From an uncultured Clostridia bacterium (GTDB lineage Bacteria; Bacillota; Clostridia; TANB77; CAG-508), in contig CAKPRG010000001.1 of NCBI GenBank assembly GCA_934182465.1, positions 273,549-337,548 on the forward strand: a stretch of 64,000 nucleotides of DNA. Reading direction: 5' to 3'. Shown here piece by piece: positions 49,190 through 60,122 of this stretch (the first letter of the stretch is position 1; each line of letters opens with the position of its first letter). The translations under genes and the position numbers were made by a program. The notes under the pieces were generated by a model. It was not told where the DNA came from. It worked only from the letters and a program-made list of their open reading frames with translations, and ran no database searches.

Positions 49190-51601
49190 ATGTTTCAAAA
49201 TATTGTAGATGAAGTACAAGAAAAAGAAAGTAGCGAGCAAAATACAATAAAATTAAAAGAAAATTTAAAAGAGATTTTTAAATATCAAAATATTATAGTT
49301 TATATATTAGCTTTTTTGCTATCAACAATTAGCATAAAAAACGATTTTGCACCATTTGGACTGGCTATTTTAGCAGCTTGTTTAAGTAGTACAATTCCAG
49401 TAATTGGAGTATTTATAGTATCTATTTTAGGCGTTATAGTAGGACAAGGTACAAGCATTGCTTTAAACTATTTTGTAACAGCAGTATTATACTTTTTTCT
49501 TGTTTTAGTATTTAAACCTAAAAGTGCAATAGATGAAAGAAATGAAGTTTTAAAAACTGGTGGAAGATTATATATGGCATACCTACTTGTAAGTATTATA
49601 AAAGATTATAATACAACAAGTTTAATATATAATATTTTTATATCAGGAATATATGCTGGTATAACATATGTATTTTATAAAATTTTTGTAAATGGATTAA
49701 TTGCTATAAAAGACTTTAATATAAAAAATGCTTTTACAATTGAAGAAGTTGTTGGAGCTAGTATCATAATAACAATATCTGCTACGGCTTTAAGTAATTT
49801 CAAATTTTATGATTTTAATATATCTTATATAGTAGCATCATTTATGGTTATGTTAATAGCACAAAAAAATGGTTCACTAGCTGGAATGGCAACTGGAATT
49901 TCTTTAGGATTAATTCTTGCAATTGTTGATAGTGGGAATATGATGTTGCTAGGGATTTTTGCATTAGCAGGATTTTTAGCAGGATTCTTAAATAGATTTG
50001 GAAAATTAGGAAGTATATTAGGTTTTGTTTTAGGGACAGTTATAGTTACATATTTATGCAAAGGTCAATACTTTGAAATTTTAAATTATCAAAATTTAAT
50101 AGTTTCAGCTATACTAATTTTATTTGTGCCAAGAAATATTAAAATTCCAATTGAAGATTTAATTGGTAGAAATAAATTATTAACAAACATAGGTGAGAAT
50201 AGATTAAATGAAAATAGAGAAATGGCAGAAAAATTAAACACTCTTTCAAATACTATTCTAGAAAATATAGAAAAAGAAGAACCAAAATTACAAAATATTG
50301 AAGAAGAATTTGTACAAACATTTTTAGATAATATGGAAGAATATGAAAACAATATTTTATATGATGATCTTTCAAAAAATGAAGATATAATAAAAGAAAT
50401 ATATAAACAAATACAAGAAAAAGAAATAATAATAGAAAAAGATTTAATTTCTATCTTAGAAGAACATAATAGTTACATATTCATGCAAGATGATTTAGTA
50501 AAACATGATTTACAAGAAATTATAAAAATTGTAAATCGTACATATAAAATGATTCAGTTAGAATTAACAAAACAGACAGAAAAAATAAAACAACAAAAAG
50601 TTATGAAACAAAGTTTGAAAAATGTTTCAAAAGCAATTGATGATTGTGCAAAAGAAATGTTAGAAAACAATAACAATAAATTTAGTGATTTAGAAAAAGA
50701 GATTCAAAAAATATTTGAAACTAAAAACTTATTAATAAAAGATGTTTTGATAAAACAACCTAAAAATGGTAAATATATAGTACTATTAAATTTAGATATA
50801 AAAATGGCTGATAGCTTAAGGGAAAAAGGCAGAATAAACAATATATCAGATATATTATCTAAAATATTAAAAAGTAAAATAGCTTTTCAAAAAGACTATA
50901 AAAGTACAGAAAAACAAGAATATATACAAACTTATTCATCTGAAGATAAATATATAATGCAAGTAGGATCTTCTAAAATATCAGAAGACAATAGCAAAAT
51001 GTCAGGAGACTGCAATTTACAAATAAGAATTAATGATGGAAAATATGTACTAGCAATTAGTGATGGAATGGGAACAGGACAATCTGCTAGGGAAAAAAGC
51101 AAAATGGCAATTAATACACTAAAAGAACTTTTAGAAAAAGGATTTGAAAAACAAGAATCAGTTGCTTTAATAAATAGTATGTTAAATCAAAAAGATGCAA
51201 ATGATTCATACACAAGTATGGATATTACAGTTTTAGACTTATTTACGGGAAAAGCTGAATTTATGAAAAATGGTTCTTGTAGTACATATATAAAAAATAA
51301 AAAGAATATTCAGGTGATAAAATCTAATCAAAATCCAATTGGTATTTTAGAAAATGTTGAATTAAAAACAACGGAACTGGACGTTTCAGATGGAGACATT
51401 ATATTAATGTGCAGTGATGGTGTACTAGAATCTAAAGAAAACTATAACAAAGATTGGATTGAAGAATATTTACGAAACATAAGTACAAATAATGTTCAAA
51501 AAATGGCAGATATGATATTAGCAGAAGCAATAGACAATAGCTATGGCATTGCAAATGATGACATGACAGTTATTGTTGCAAAGATAATGAAAAAGAAATA
51601 A
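49190..51601 (+). CDS. spoIIE: Stage II sporulation protein E (SpoIIE, PP2C phosphatase with a polytopic N-terminal membrane domain)
   Basis: About 10 N-terminal TM helices. C-terminal PP2C signature: AISDGMGTGQSAREKS...CSDGVLE. RBS GAGGTGG. Confidence 0.85.
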   Translation: MFQNIVDEVQEKESSEQNTIKLKENLKEIFKYQNIIVYILAFLLSTISIKNDFAPFGLAILAACLSSTIPVIGVFIVSILGVIVGQGTSIALNYFVTAVLYFFLVLVFKPKSAIDERNEVLKTGGRLYMAYLLVSIIKDYNTTSLIYNIFISGIYAGITYVFYKIFVNGLIAIKDFNIKNAFTIEEVVGASIIITISATALSNFKFYDFNISYIVASFMVMLIAQKNGSLAGMATGISLGLILAIVDSGNMMLLGIFALAGFLAGFLNRFGKLGSILGFVLGTVIVTYLCKGQYFEILNYQNLIVSAILILFVPRNIKIPIEDLIGRNKLLTNIGENRLNENREMAEKLNTLSNTILENIEKEEPKLQNIEEEFVQTFLDNMEEYENNILYDDLSKNEDIIKEIYKQIQEKEIIIEKDLISILEEHNSYIFMQDDLVKHDLQEIIKIVNRTYKMIQLELTKQTEKIKQQKVMKQSLKNVSKAIDDCAKEMLENNNNKFSDLEKEIQKIFETKNLLIKDVLIKQPKNGKYIVLLNLDIKMADSLREKGRINNISDILSKILKSKIAFQKDYKSTEKQEYIQTYSSEDKYIMQVGSSKISEDNSKMSGDCNLQIRINDGKYVLAISDGMGTGQSAREKSKMAINTLKELLEKGFEKQESVALINSMLNQKDANDSYTSMDITVLDLFTGKAEFMKNGSCSTYIKNKKNIQVIKSNQNPIGILENVELKTTELDVSDGDIILMCSDGVLESKENYNKDWIEEYLRNISTNNVQKMADMILAEAIDNSYGIANDDMTVIVAKIMKKK

Positions 51602-51755
51602 AATTAAAGAAAAAATGGAAAAGGTAAAAGTATGAAGTTACTTTTTTAGTAGCTTCTAAAATATCTTTTCCTTTTTTGTTCTAATAGGTTGTATTTTTAT
51701 ACTATGATGTGATATAGTATAGATGGAATATTAGCAAATTATATGGAGGTTTTTA

Positions 51756-53276
51756 ATGAGCAGAAGTAGAGGAAGAAGATATGACAATGAACCAAAATTA
51801 AACATAAAAAAAGTAATTGCTACTATTGTTGCAATTATTGTGTTTATTATGTTTGTATTATCTTTAAAAAATCTATTAACAAAAGAAGAAAAACCAAAAG
51901 AAGTAGTTAATGTAGAAACATATTTTTCATCAATGCAAGATGGAAAATGGGGAGTTATAAACAATAAAGGAAACAATGTAATTCCGTTAGACTACAATGA
52001 AATGATTATTATACCAAATAAAACAAAAGATATATTTATATGTCAAACAGATACAAATTATGAAAATGGAACATATAAAACAAAAGTATTAAATAAAGAA
52101 GGAAAAGAAATCTTAACAAACTATAATCAAGTTGAAGCTATTCAAAATTCAGAAAATTCTCAAGTATGGTATGAAGATGATGTACTAACATATTTGGAAA
52201 ATGAAAAATATGGACTTATAGATTTTTCTGGAAAAAAATTGACAGAAGCAATATACGATAAAATATATGCATTACCTGGAATAGAAAAAAGCATAATAGT
52301 AGAAAAAGATGGTAAAGTTGGTTTAGTTAGTATAGGTCAAGTGATTTTAGAACCAGAATATGCAGAAATAAAAAGCTTAAATAAAAGTAATTCTTCTGCA
52401 GGATATATAGTAAAAAACTCAGACAATAAATATGGTATTATTGATGGCACTAAAAAACAATTATTAGATTTTAAATATGATGAAATAAAACAAGTTTCAG
52501 GAAACAATTTATATGTTGTAAAAGAAAATGGAACTTTAAAAGTAATAGACAAAGATGATAACACAAAATTAGAAAACAAATTTGATGATGTATTAGCAAT
52601 AAACGGAGAAAATGTAATAATAAAAAAAGATGGTAAATGTGGCATTATAAACATAAATGGCGAAACAAAAATACCAACAGAATATGATTCTTTAACAATA
52701 GCTTTTGATAAAAATTATATAGCTTCAAAAGACGGAAAATTTGGAATGATAAATTTAGATAATAACCAAGTTGTAGAATTCAAATATACAGCAATGTCTT
52801 ATAGAACAGAAGCAAATTTTGTAGAAGCCGAAAAAGAAAACTACAAAACAGATATTATAGATAGTACATGTACACCAGTACTTGAAGACGTTATTATTTC
52901 AGATGTTGATAATGAAAAAGGTTATGTTAGAGTTAGAAAAAATGATCAATACAAATATTACAACTTTAAATTTGAAGAGAAAAATGCACAAGATATATTA
53001 ACAGCAAATACTTTATTTTTAGTTAAACAAAATGGAAAATATGGATATCAAAATAAAAATGGTCAATTAGTTGTAGATTGCATATATGATGATGCGAAAG
53101 AACAAAATGAATTTGGATATTGTGCAGTAAAAAAAGATGGAGTATGGGGATCTTTAAAATCTGATGGAACTGTAGTATTAAAACCAAGTGTAAATTTAGA
53201 TAATAACCTACAAATAGATTTTATAAATGACTGGCATTTATTTGAAGATAGTACATTAAATACATATACAAAATAA
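51756..53276 (+). CDS. WG-repeat (KWG) containing protein with an N-terminal TM anchor
   Basis: Repeated DGKWGVIN / NEKYGLID / DGKVGLVS / DNKYGIID motifs. Confidence 0.7.
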   Translation: MSRSRGRRYDNEPKLNIKKVIATIVAIIVFIMFVLSLKNLLTKEEKPKEVVNVETYFSSMQDGKWGVINNKGNNVIPLDYNEMIIIPNKTKDIFICQTDTNYENGTYKTKVLNKEGKEILTNYNQVEAIQNSENSQVWYEDDVLTYLENEKYGLIDFSGKKLTEAIYDKIYALPGIEKSIIVEKDGKVGLVSIGQVILEPEYAEIKSLNKSNSSAGYIVKNSDNKYGIIDGTKKQLLDFKYDEIKQVSGNNLYVVKENGTLKVIDKDDNTKLENKFDDVLAINGENVIIKKDGKCGIININGETKIPTEYDSLTIAFDKNYIASKDGKFGMINLDNNQVVEFKYTAMSYRTEANFVEAEKENYKTDIIDSTCTPVLEDVIISDVDNEKGYVRVRKNDQYKYYNFKFEEKNAQDILTANTLFLVKQNGKYGYQNKNGQLVVDCIYDDAKEQNEFGYCAVKKDGVWGSLKSDGTVVLKPSVNLDNNLQIDFINDWHLFEDSTLNTYTK

Positions 53277-53303
53277 CAGAAGAAAAAAGGAAGGTAATTC
53301 AAA

Positions 53304-54563
53304 TTGGAACTAAAGACAAAATATCAATATACTAATTTTATTTATCCGTATATGGTAGATGAAACTAAATACGATAAATATATTTTAAAACTATTGAAAG
53401 ATAAAAATTGTAAATTTAAACTATTTGAAAAAGAAAAAGATTTAGATATATATAATTTCTTTTTACCATATATTAGAAATTATTTGTTTCCAACATTTGA
53501 ATTCCGTAATGAAAAACTAAAGGATTTTAAGGAATTATCTATAGAAACAAAAAGCAAAATAATATCAAAACACAATATGACTTGTTTTGAATATTATTTA
53601 GATGAAGATGTTCAAGGAAAAATGGGAGAAGAAAATGGTATATTTTTTGATGTTGAAAAAATAGAAATTATATGCTTTAAAACTGGAATTTGTTTTCTTT
53701 CCCTAAAAACACATATAGATGGTACAGAATCTTTTTCAGATATATTAGATTTTAATTATAGATTTAAAACTTTATGTTCAGAATTCTCAAACCTTAAAGA
53801 TTATGAAAATATAAAAATACAAACTAATTCTTTTAAGGATATAAAAGATATAAAAGAATTTACTCAAATGATTACAGGCGTAAATAAAAAGAAGACATTA
53901 CTTGAAGAAGAGCAATTAGACGATTCACAATTTTACAATTATTCATATATGTGTATAGAAAGTGATAAATGGAATGAAAAAAATGATTTTTCAGGAATTG
54001 AAAATGAATTTTTAAAGTATGCAAATGTGTTACCAAGTAATTATGCTTCAGATTTTGATAAACAAAATATTGAACAAAATTTGCATATAATAGAAAAAAT
54101 GAAATATTCCAAAACAGGGATTACAAAAACAAATTGTAATGTAATGTGTTCTGGAATAGATACTTACAATTATACTAAGTTACCATTCGAATATGAAAAT
54201 CAATATTTTTATACATATATATTAGTTTTATATAAAAAACTTTTTTTGAAAAAAACCAATGCACAATTTAAAAATTACGATAAAATTGGAAAAATGAGAA
54301 TTAATTTTATTAATTTTACAAAAGCACTTTGGGAAAAAGAAATTACAATAGATGATACAGGAACTTTGTATTATAAAACATTAGAAAAAACACTAGAATT
54401 AGAAGATTTATATGAAGAAATTAAAACAAAATACGAAATAATATACAAAGACTTAAATATTGAAAAAAATAATGTATATTACTCAGTAATAGTAATACTA
54501 CTTATTTTTTCATTAATATTTAATACAATTAATATATTATTTTTAATGTATTTGCTGGGGTAG
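53304..54563 (+). CDS. Hypothetical protein (419 aa) with a C-terminal TM helix
   Basis: TTG start with RBS AGGAAGG. No recognisable domain. Confidence 0.5.
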   Translation: MELKTKYQYTNFIYPYMVDETKYDKYILKLLKDKNCKFKLFEKEKDLDIYNFFLPYIRNYLFPTFEFRNEKLKDFKELSIETKSKIISKHNMTCFEYYLDEDVQGKMGEENGIFFDVEKIEIICFKTGICFLSLKTHIDGTESFSDILDFNYRFKTLCSEFSNLKDYENIKIQTNSFKDIKDIKEFTQMITGVNKKKTLLEEEQLDDSQFYNYSYMCIESDKWNEKNDFSGIENEFLKYANVLPSNYASDFDKQNIEQNLHIIEKMKYSKTGITKTNCNVMCSGIDTYNYTKLPFEYENQYFYTYILVLYKKLFLKKTNAQFKNYDKIGKMRINFINFTKALWEKEITIDDTGTLYYKTLEKTLELEDLYEEIKTKYEIIYKDLNIEKNNVYYSVIVILLIFSLIFNTINILFLMYLLG

Positions 54564-54573
54564 TACAATAGAA

Positions 54574-54939
54574 ATGAAAATTACATGTGGTACAGATATT
54601 ATAGAAATAGAAAGAATAAAAAAAGCGATTGAACGCTTGCAAGATAAATTTGTAAATAAAATTTTTACTAAAAAAGAGATTGAATATTGTGAAAAACACG
54701 GAAATCAAAAATATGAACATTATGCAGCAAGATTTGCTGCAAAAGAAGCAATATTTAAAGCTATTAGTAATCAAGTTACAAATGTAAATTGGACTAAGAT
54801 AGAAATTATAAATTTGGAAAACGGTAAACCCGTAGTAAATTTAAAAGAAACAGTAGAAAATTTGGAAAGTATAGAAATAAGTATTTCACATTGCAGATCA
54901 TACGCTTGTGCAAATGCAATTGCTATTTATAAAGACTAA
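54574..54939 (+). CDS. acpS: Holo-[acyl-carrier-protein] synthase
   Basis: GTDIIEIERI...FAAKEAIFKA...ISISH: 4'-phosphopantetheinyl transferase AcpS signature. Length 121 aa. Confidence 0.85.
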   Translation: MKITCGTDIIEIERIKKAIERLQDKFVNKIFTKKEIEYCEKHGNQKYEHYAARFAAKEAIFKAISNQVTNVNWTKIEIINLENGKPVVNLKETVENLESIEISISHCRSYACANAIAIYKD

Positions 54940-54995
54940 TTGGAAGGAGAACATAATTATCATATATATTATATGATTAATTTATAATAATAAAA

Positions 54996-55754
54996 ATGCA
55001 ATTTTTTGATTCACATGCACATTATAATGATGAAAAATTTAATCAAGATAAAGATAATGTGCTAAAAGAAATATACAATCAAGATATAACAAGATTAGTG
55101 TGTGCAGGATATAATTATCAATCTAGTGTATCAGCAATTGAAATATCTAAAGAAAATGATTGGATATATACAACAATAGGTATTTCTCCAAATGATGTCG
55201 AAGATTTAGCAAAAATTGATAGTTTAGATGAACTATTAAAGGAGAAAAAAATAGTTGCTATAGGAGAGATAGGACTAGACTATTACTGGAATAAAGAAAA
55301 TAAAGATATTCAAAAAGAAATGTTTATAAAACAAATAGAATTAGCAAATAAATATAATTTACCAATAGTGATACATACAAGAGATGCTGCTATTGATACA
55401 ATAGATATCTTAAAAAATCATCCATGTAATAAAAAAGGTGTATTTCACTGTTGCCCTTTAAATCAAGAATTAATTAAAGAAGGATTAAAGTTAGGCTTTT
55501 ATATATCATTTAGTGGAAATATAACTTTTAAAAATGCAAAATCAGATGCATGTATAGGATTAGTTCCATTAGATAGAATATTAATAGAAACAGATAGTCC
55601 ATATTTAGCACCAGAGCCTCTTAGAGGTACGAGAAATGATTCTAGAAATGTAAAATTAGTAGCACAAAAAATTGCAAGTGTAAAAAATTTATCACTAGAA
55701 GAAGTTGCTAAAATTACTTATGATAATGCTAATAGAATTTTTAATTTACCATAG
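54996..55754 (+). CDS. tatD: TatD-family metal-dependent hydrolase (DNase)
   Basis: FDSHAHY, GEIGLDYYW, HTRDA and ETDSPYL motifs. Confidence 0.85.
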   Translation: MQFFDSHAHYNDEKFNQDKDNVLKEIYNQDITRLVCAGYNYQSSVSAIEISKENDWIYTTIGISPNDVEDLAKIDSLDELLKEKKIVAIGEIGLDYYWNKENKDIQKEMFIKQIELANKYNLPIVIHTRDAAIDTIDILKNHPCNKKGVFHCCPLNQELIKEGLKLGFYISFSGNITFKNAKSDACIGLVPLDRILIETDSPYLAPEPLRGTRNDSRNVKLVAQKIASVKNLSLEEVAKITYDNANRIFNLP

Positions 55755-55777
55755 AGATTTAATATAGAAATTTACTG

Positions 55778-55818
55778 AAAACATATATTGATTTTAAATC
55801 AGTATATGTTTTTTTTAC
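55778..55818 (+). terminator. Rho-independent terminator
   Basis: 13-bp stem aacatatattgat/atcagtatatgtt (one G-U) followed by T8. Confidence 0.75.
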
Positions 55819-56197
55819 AATTATTATAATATTTACTTTTGTATTTTGTAATTATCATAATGTCTACTTTTGTTCTATAATAAGAAAGTGCTTTTTATTT
55901 CTTTTTATATAAAGGCTTACTCTAACTTTGTAAATAAGAAGGTTTATACTCAAATTTACTAAAAATTTTAACTAGAAAAATTTTGAAAAAAATGGCAAAC
56001 TCTTGATTTTCGTAAGAAAAGTGCAAAAAATGAGTAAAAATGTAATTAAAACTTAATAAAAAAGGAGTGAAACGGCTGAAAAGCGCATCCGTAAAGAAAA
56101 AGAAGATGTTTTGAAAAACTGGAAAAAATAACATATTGCAAAAAAAATCAAAGATGCTATCATATATCTAACGAAAAATATCAGGAGGGACTAAATT

Positions 56198-59100
56198 ATG
56201 AATAAAAAAATGTTAATCTCAATAGCATTAATTTTCGTTATGTTATTGAACTATGTCGTACCTTTTTCATTAGCATATGATGAAGCAACAAGCGATATAG
56301 AAATTACATTTAATGGCAATTTGTATGCAGCAATTAAAAAGAATTTAGTTGATGCAGGTATAGATGCTTCAGAATATAATGATGCACAACGTACTATGAA
56401 AATTAGCCAATCTGCTATAGATAGTGTAACAAGTTTCAACTTATCTAATAGTGGTATATCTGATTTAACAGGATTAGATACATTTAAGAATGTAACTTCT
56501 TTAGACTTGTCAGCTAATGAATTAGATTCAGACAGCAATCTAGAAGTATTAAATTCATTAAATTTAAAATTTCTAGATTTATCATCTAACAAACTTTCAG
56601 ATGTTAGTATGATAACAAACATTTCTACAATTCAAACATTAAACTTACATAACCAAAAGTTTAATATAATTCAAATTGTAGAAATTGATGAAGAAACTGA
56701 ATCAGACCAATTAGTAGAAGCAACATACGATTTACCTCAAATTTTAAGCTATGGTGGTTTATTAAAACCAGAATGGTTACCAGAAACAAAATATCAAAAT
56801 GGTTCAAATCCAGCACCATATGTTAATTGGACAAAATTTGATGGTAAAAAAATTACAATAACAACTGGTTCAAAATCAGAATCAAATTATACACCATATT
56901 ATGGAATGACAAAAGTAGGAGTAGAAGTAACTGATTCTACAAATACATTATACAATTCAAAAATTAATTTATACTATATAACAGTAAGTTCTGATGAAAG
57001 AGGAATTATCTTTAAAGATGAAAATCTTTATAAAGCTGTTAAAGAACAATTAACAAAAGCTCAAACTGTAAATACAGATTTAAGCAAATATACTGATAAA
57101 GGAAATTTATATGCAAGAGCATATGATGAACCATTAGTATTAGTTGTTAGTATAAACGATTTAATTAACAAAATTCCAAGTTTAAAATTAGTAGACAGAA
57201 AAATTAAAGATCTAACAGGATTAGAAATGTTTGTTGGACTTGAAAAAGAATTAAACTTAGAAGGAAACTATATTGAAGATATAGAAAAAATAATTGAACT
57301 AAAGAGAAAGAAACTTGAAGAACAAGAAAAATTAAGAGCTAAAGTTCAAAAACAAATAGCATATATTAAAGAAAGTGTAGATGCTATTGAAGAAGCAAAG
57401 AAAAATGTGGAAAGTGAAACTAAAAAAGTTACTACATTAGTAACAGAAGAGCAAACTTTAAAAACAGAAATTTCAAAATTAGAAGATGAAATTAATACTT
57501 TAAATGCAGAAACAACAACATTAAATAATAATTTACCAACATACAAAACAACATTAGAAAATGCAAAAGATAATTTAGCACAAAAACAAAATGAATTAAC
57601 ATTATTAAATAATGAGTTGGTAACATTAAATAATAATTTATCAAAAGCATCAACAACTGATGAAAAAGACAAAATAAAAGCTCAAATTGAAGCTAAAAAA
57701 GCAGAAAAAGAAGCAAAACAAATTGAAGTTGATCAAGCAAAAGATGCTGTAACAACAGCAGAAAAACAAGTAACTGATACAGAAGCAAAAATAAAATCAA
57801 ACACAGAAGCAGTTACATCAAAAACAAAAGACTTAAATAGTAAAAAAACAGATTTATCTAAAAAATCAAATTCTATTAGTGAATCTTACCAAGTAATTGC
57901 TAACAACAATAATACAGCTGATTTACATAGAGAATATTTAAAAGCAAAATTAGCAAGATTATATGAAATATATAAAAAATCTTATAAATTAGCTAGACTT
58001 GCAACAGTACAATTAAGTACATTAACAGATGAAGAATTTGAAAATTTAACTTATGAAAATGCAAAAAGTATTTTTGAAGCACAAACATCAAGATTAGCTG
58101 ATATAGAAAATAATTTAGCAGCTTATGAATCTTCATATGTTATTAAAGAATTTAATATACCAACACTATCAAATGTAACAGTAAATGGTGATACAGAAGG
58201 AACATCATCAACAAAAACAGTTGCAATTGAAAATCCAATAGCTACATATTTTAAAGAATATGCAAAAAATCATGAAGATTGGAAATTATCTGACATAAAA
58301 GGATTCTTATTAAAAGTAAGATATATGTCAACAGTATTAGAAATGATGAATTATTGTACAATTGAAAGATTATACAATGGAACAACAACATGTTATGCAG
58401 AAGAATACTTAAATAGTGAAATTGCAACAAAAACATGGAATGGTGAAAGTACAAGTGATTTAACAAAAATTAAATCAAATTTAAATACAATTAAATCAAC
58501 TTTTGCAGACACATATGGACATCAATGTACAGGAGCTGTATCTTATGATGGAAATAATGATATTTACGCATTAGCTAAAAAATATAGTACAGCAACTTCA
58601 GAAGAAATAAATGCTTATGTAACAATACCAATGTTAAAAGTTTTAAATGTTAGAAGAAATCTAATTGAATCAATTGATGGAATTGAAGAATTAGATGAAT
58701 TACAAGAATTATATGCAGGAAATAATGAACTTGTAAATATTGAAAGTGTTGACTGGACAAAAATGGTAAATTTAAAGAAATTAGATTTATCATATAACAG
58801 TATAAGCGAAATTAAATGCTTAGAAGTTTTAGCAAAATTAGAAGAATTAGATTTATCTAAAAACTTAATTGCAGGTGCATTTAACTTTACTATCTCTGGA
58901 ATGCCAAAATTGAAAAAATTAAATATGTCATACAATGCAATTAATGATATTGAATATTTAAGAACACAATTAACATTCGTAGCAAGAGGTGAAGGATTTG
59001 ATGATATAGCATCATACTTAAATGCAGGAAAATTTGATGTAAGATTTTACGGTCAAATATTATCAATGAACTTAGATTTAGTTCAAATGGGTAGAGCTAC

Positions 59101-59956
59101 ATATGTTGATTTACCTATGATATTTAGACAAGCTGAAGAATTAGATAATGTTAGAACATCATTTGGTATAAACAGTATTTTTGGAAATGTTACAAATGAT
59201 GGTAAACAAGCATTATTAGATACAAGTAAAATTGGAGAACAAACAGCTCAAGTATCTATAGTAGATACAAATGCTTTAAATCCTGGAATTTGTAGTGGTA
59301 CATTCTGTACAATTAAATATACAGTTACAGAAAAACCAGTAATTCCAGATGATAACAATAACACAGTAGACAACAATGTAACAAACAACACAATTGATAA
59401 TGATATTACAAATAACACAGTAAATAATGATACAACAAATAATACAGTAAATAATGATATAACAAACAATACTGTGGATAATAATGTAACAAATAACACA
59501 GTAGATAACAATGTTACAAATAATACAGTTGATCCAAGCACTTTAGGATATACTGTAAAAGGTGAAAGCGTAATAGGGGTTTCACCAAAAACAACAGTTA
59601 AAAACTTTAGTACAAAATTAACAGAAGACTTCAAAGTAGTAGTTGTAGTTGAAAATGATGATGGAACTACAACAGTAGTTGATAATTATGTAGGAACAGG
59701 AATGATTGCTGTACTATATAATTCAGAAGACAAACCTGTTGCTGCATATGAAATTGTAGTAAAAGGTGATGTAAATGGTGATGGACTTGCAAATGCATTA
59801 GACTCTAATTTAATAAAAGCTTATAGAGCTGAAATAACAGACTTGTCAGGTGCATATAAAGAAGCAGCAGATATTAACCAAGATGGAAAAGTAGATGCGA
59901 TAGATTCAAGATTGTTGTTATATCATAGAGCAGAAATAAGTGGATACATACTATAA
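56198..59956 (+). CDS. Secreted LRR (internalin-like) and long coiled-coil protein with a C-terminal type-I dockerin domain
   Basis: Signal peptide. LRR units LDLSANEL/LDLSSNKLSDVS. About 200-aa heptad coiled coil. Second LRR block. NNTVDNNVT repeats. Dockerin duplicated loops DVNGDGLANALD...AYRAEI and DINQDGKVDAIDSRLLLYHRAEI. Confidence 0.8.
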   Translation: MNKKMLISIALIFVMLLNYVVPFSLAYDEATSDIEITFNGNLYAAIKKNLVDAGIDASEYNDAQRTMKISQSAIDSVTSFNLSNSGISDLTGLDTFKNVTSLDLSANELDSDSNLEVLNSLNLKFLDLSSNKLSDVSMITNISTIQTLNLHNQKFNIIQIVEIDEETESDQLVEATYDLPQILSYGGLLKPEWLPETKYQNGSNPAPYVNWTKFDGKKITITTGSKSESNYTPYYGMTKVGVEVTDSTNTLYNSKINLYYITVSSDERGIIFKDENLYKAVKEQLTKAQTVNTDLSKYTDKGNLYARAYDEPLVLVVSINDLINKIPSLKLVDRKIKDLTGLEMFVGLEKELNLEGNYIEDIEKIIELKRKKLEEQEKLRAKVQKQIAYIKESVDAIEEAKKNVESETKKVTTLVTEEQTLKTEISKLEDEINTLNAETTTLNNNLPTYKTTLENAKDNLAQKQNELTLLNNELVTLNNNLSKASTTDEKDKIKAQIEAKKAEKEAKQIEVDQAKDAVTTAEKQVTDTEAKIKSNTEAVTSKTKDLNSKKTDLSKKSNSISESYQVIANNNNTADLHREYLKAKLARLYEIYKKSYKLARLATVQLSTLTDEEFENLTYENAKSIFEAQTSRLADIENNLAAYESSYVIKEFNIPTLSNVTVNGDTEGTSSTKTVAIENPIATYFKEYAKNHEDWKLSDIKGFLLKVRYMSTVLEMMNYCTIERLYNGTTTCYAEEYLNSEIATKTWNGESTSDLTKIKSNLNTIKSTFADTYGHQCTGAVSYDGNNDIYALAKKYSTATSEEINAYVTIPMLKVLNVRRNLIESIDGIEELDELQELYAGNNELVNIESVDWTKMVNLKKLDLSYNSISEIKCLEVLAKLEELDLSKNLIAGAFNFTISGMPKLKKLNMSYNAINDIEYLRTQLTFVARGEGFDDIASYLNAGKFDVRFYGQILSMNLDLVQMGRATYVDLPMIFRQAEELDNVRTSFGINSIFGNVTNDGKQALLDTSKIGEQTAQVSIVDTNALNPGICSGTFCTIKYTVTEKPVIPDDNNNTVDNNVTNNTIDNDITNNTVNNDTTNNTVNNDITNNTVDNNVTNNTVDNNVTNNTVDPSTLGYTVKGESVIGVSPKTTVKNFSTKLTEDFKVVVVVENDDGTTTVVDNYVGTGMIAVLYNSEDKPVAAYEIVVKGDVNGDGLANALDSNLIKAYRAEITDLSGAYKEAADINQDGKVDAIDSRLLLYHRAEISGYIL
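59354..59533 (+). repeat. Imperfect 27-bp tandem repeat (about 6.7 copies) encoding NNTVDNNVT units
   Basis: Read directly in the nucleotide sequence and the translation. Confidence 0.8.
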
Positions 59957-59971
59957 TTTATAACAAATATA

Positions 59972-60007
59972 CTAATGAGGAGTAAGAAAAAACTTACTTC
60001 TCATTAG
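59972..60007 (+). terminator. 15-bp stem-loop after the dockerin gene; no T-tract
   Basis: ctaatgaggagtaag-aaaaaa-cttacttctcattag. No downstream U-run, so terminator function is uncertain. Confidence 0.4.
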
Positions 60008-60071
60008 AAAAAAATAGCACAAAAGATAAATTTTACAATAAAAATGTAAAAAATAAGTATTGCATTTTATA

Positions 60072-60101
60072 TTGAAAAATGATATTCTTATTATGTAGAA
60101 T
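60072..60101 (+). promoter_or_regulatory. Candidate sigma-A promoter: TTGAAA, 18 nt, TAGAAT
   Basis: Seen directly upstream of the cohesin-like gene. Confidence 0.35.
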
Positions 60102-60122
60102 GTACAAAATAAGGAGAATACT

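Noticed and set aside
51602-51755. Possible terminator hairpin after spoIIE (aaaagta...tactttt)
   Set aside because: The stem is only 7 bp, almost all A/T, and the T-run is short. It is not convincing.
59354-59533. Considered whether the periodic repeats here, or elsewhere, could be a CRISPR array
   Set aside because: The repeats are in-frame coding 27-mers inside a long ORF with degenerate units and no unique spacers. No cas genes, and no direct repeats with spacers, occur anywhere in the window.
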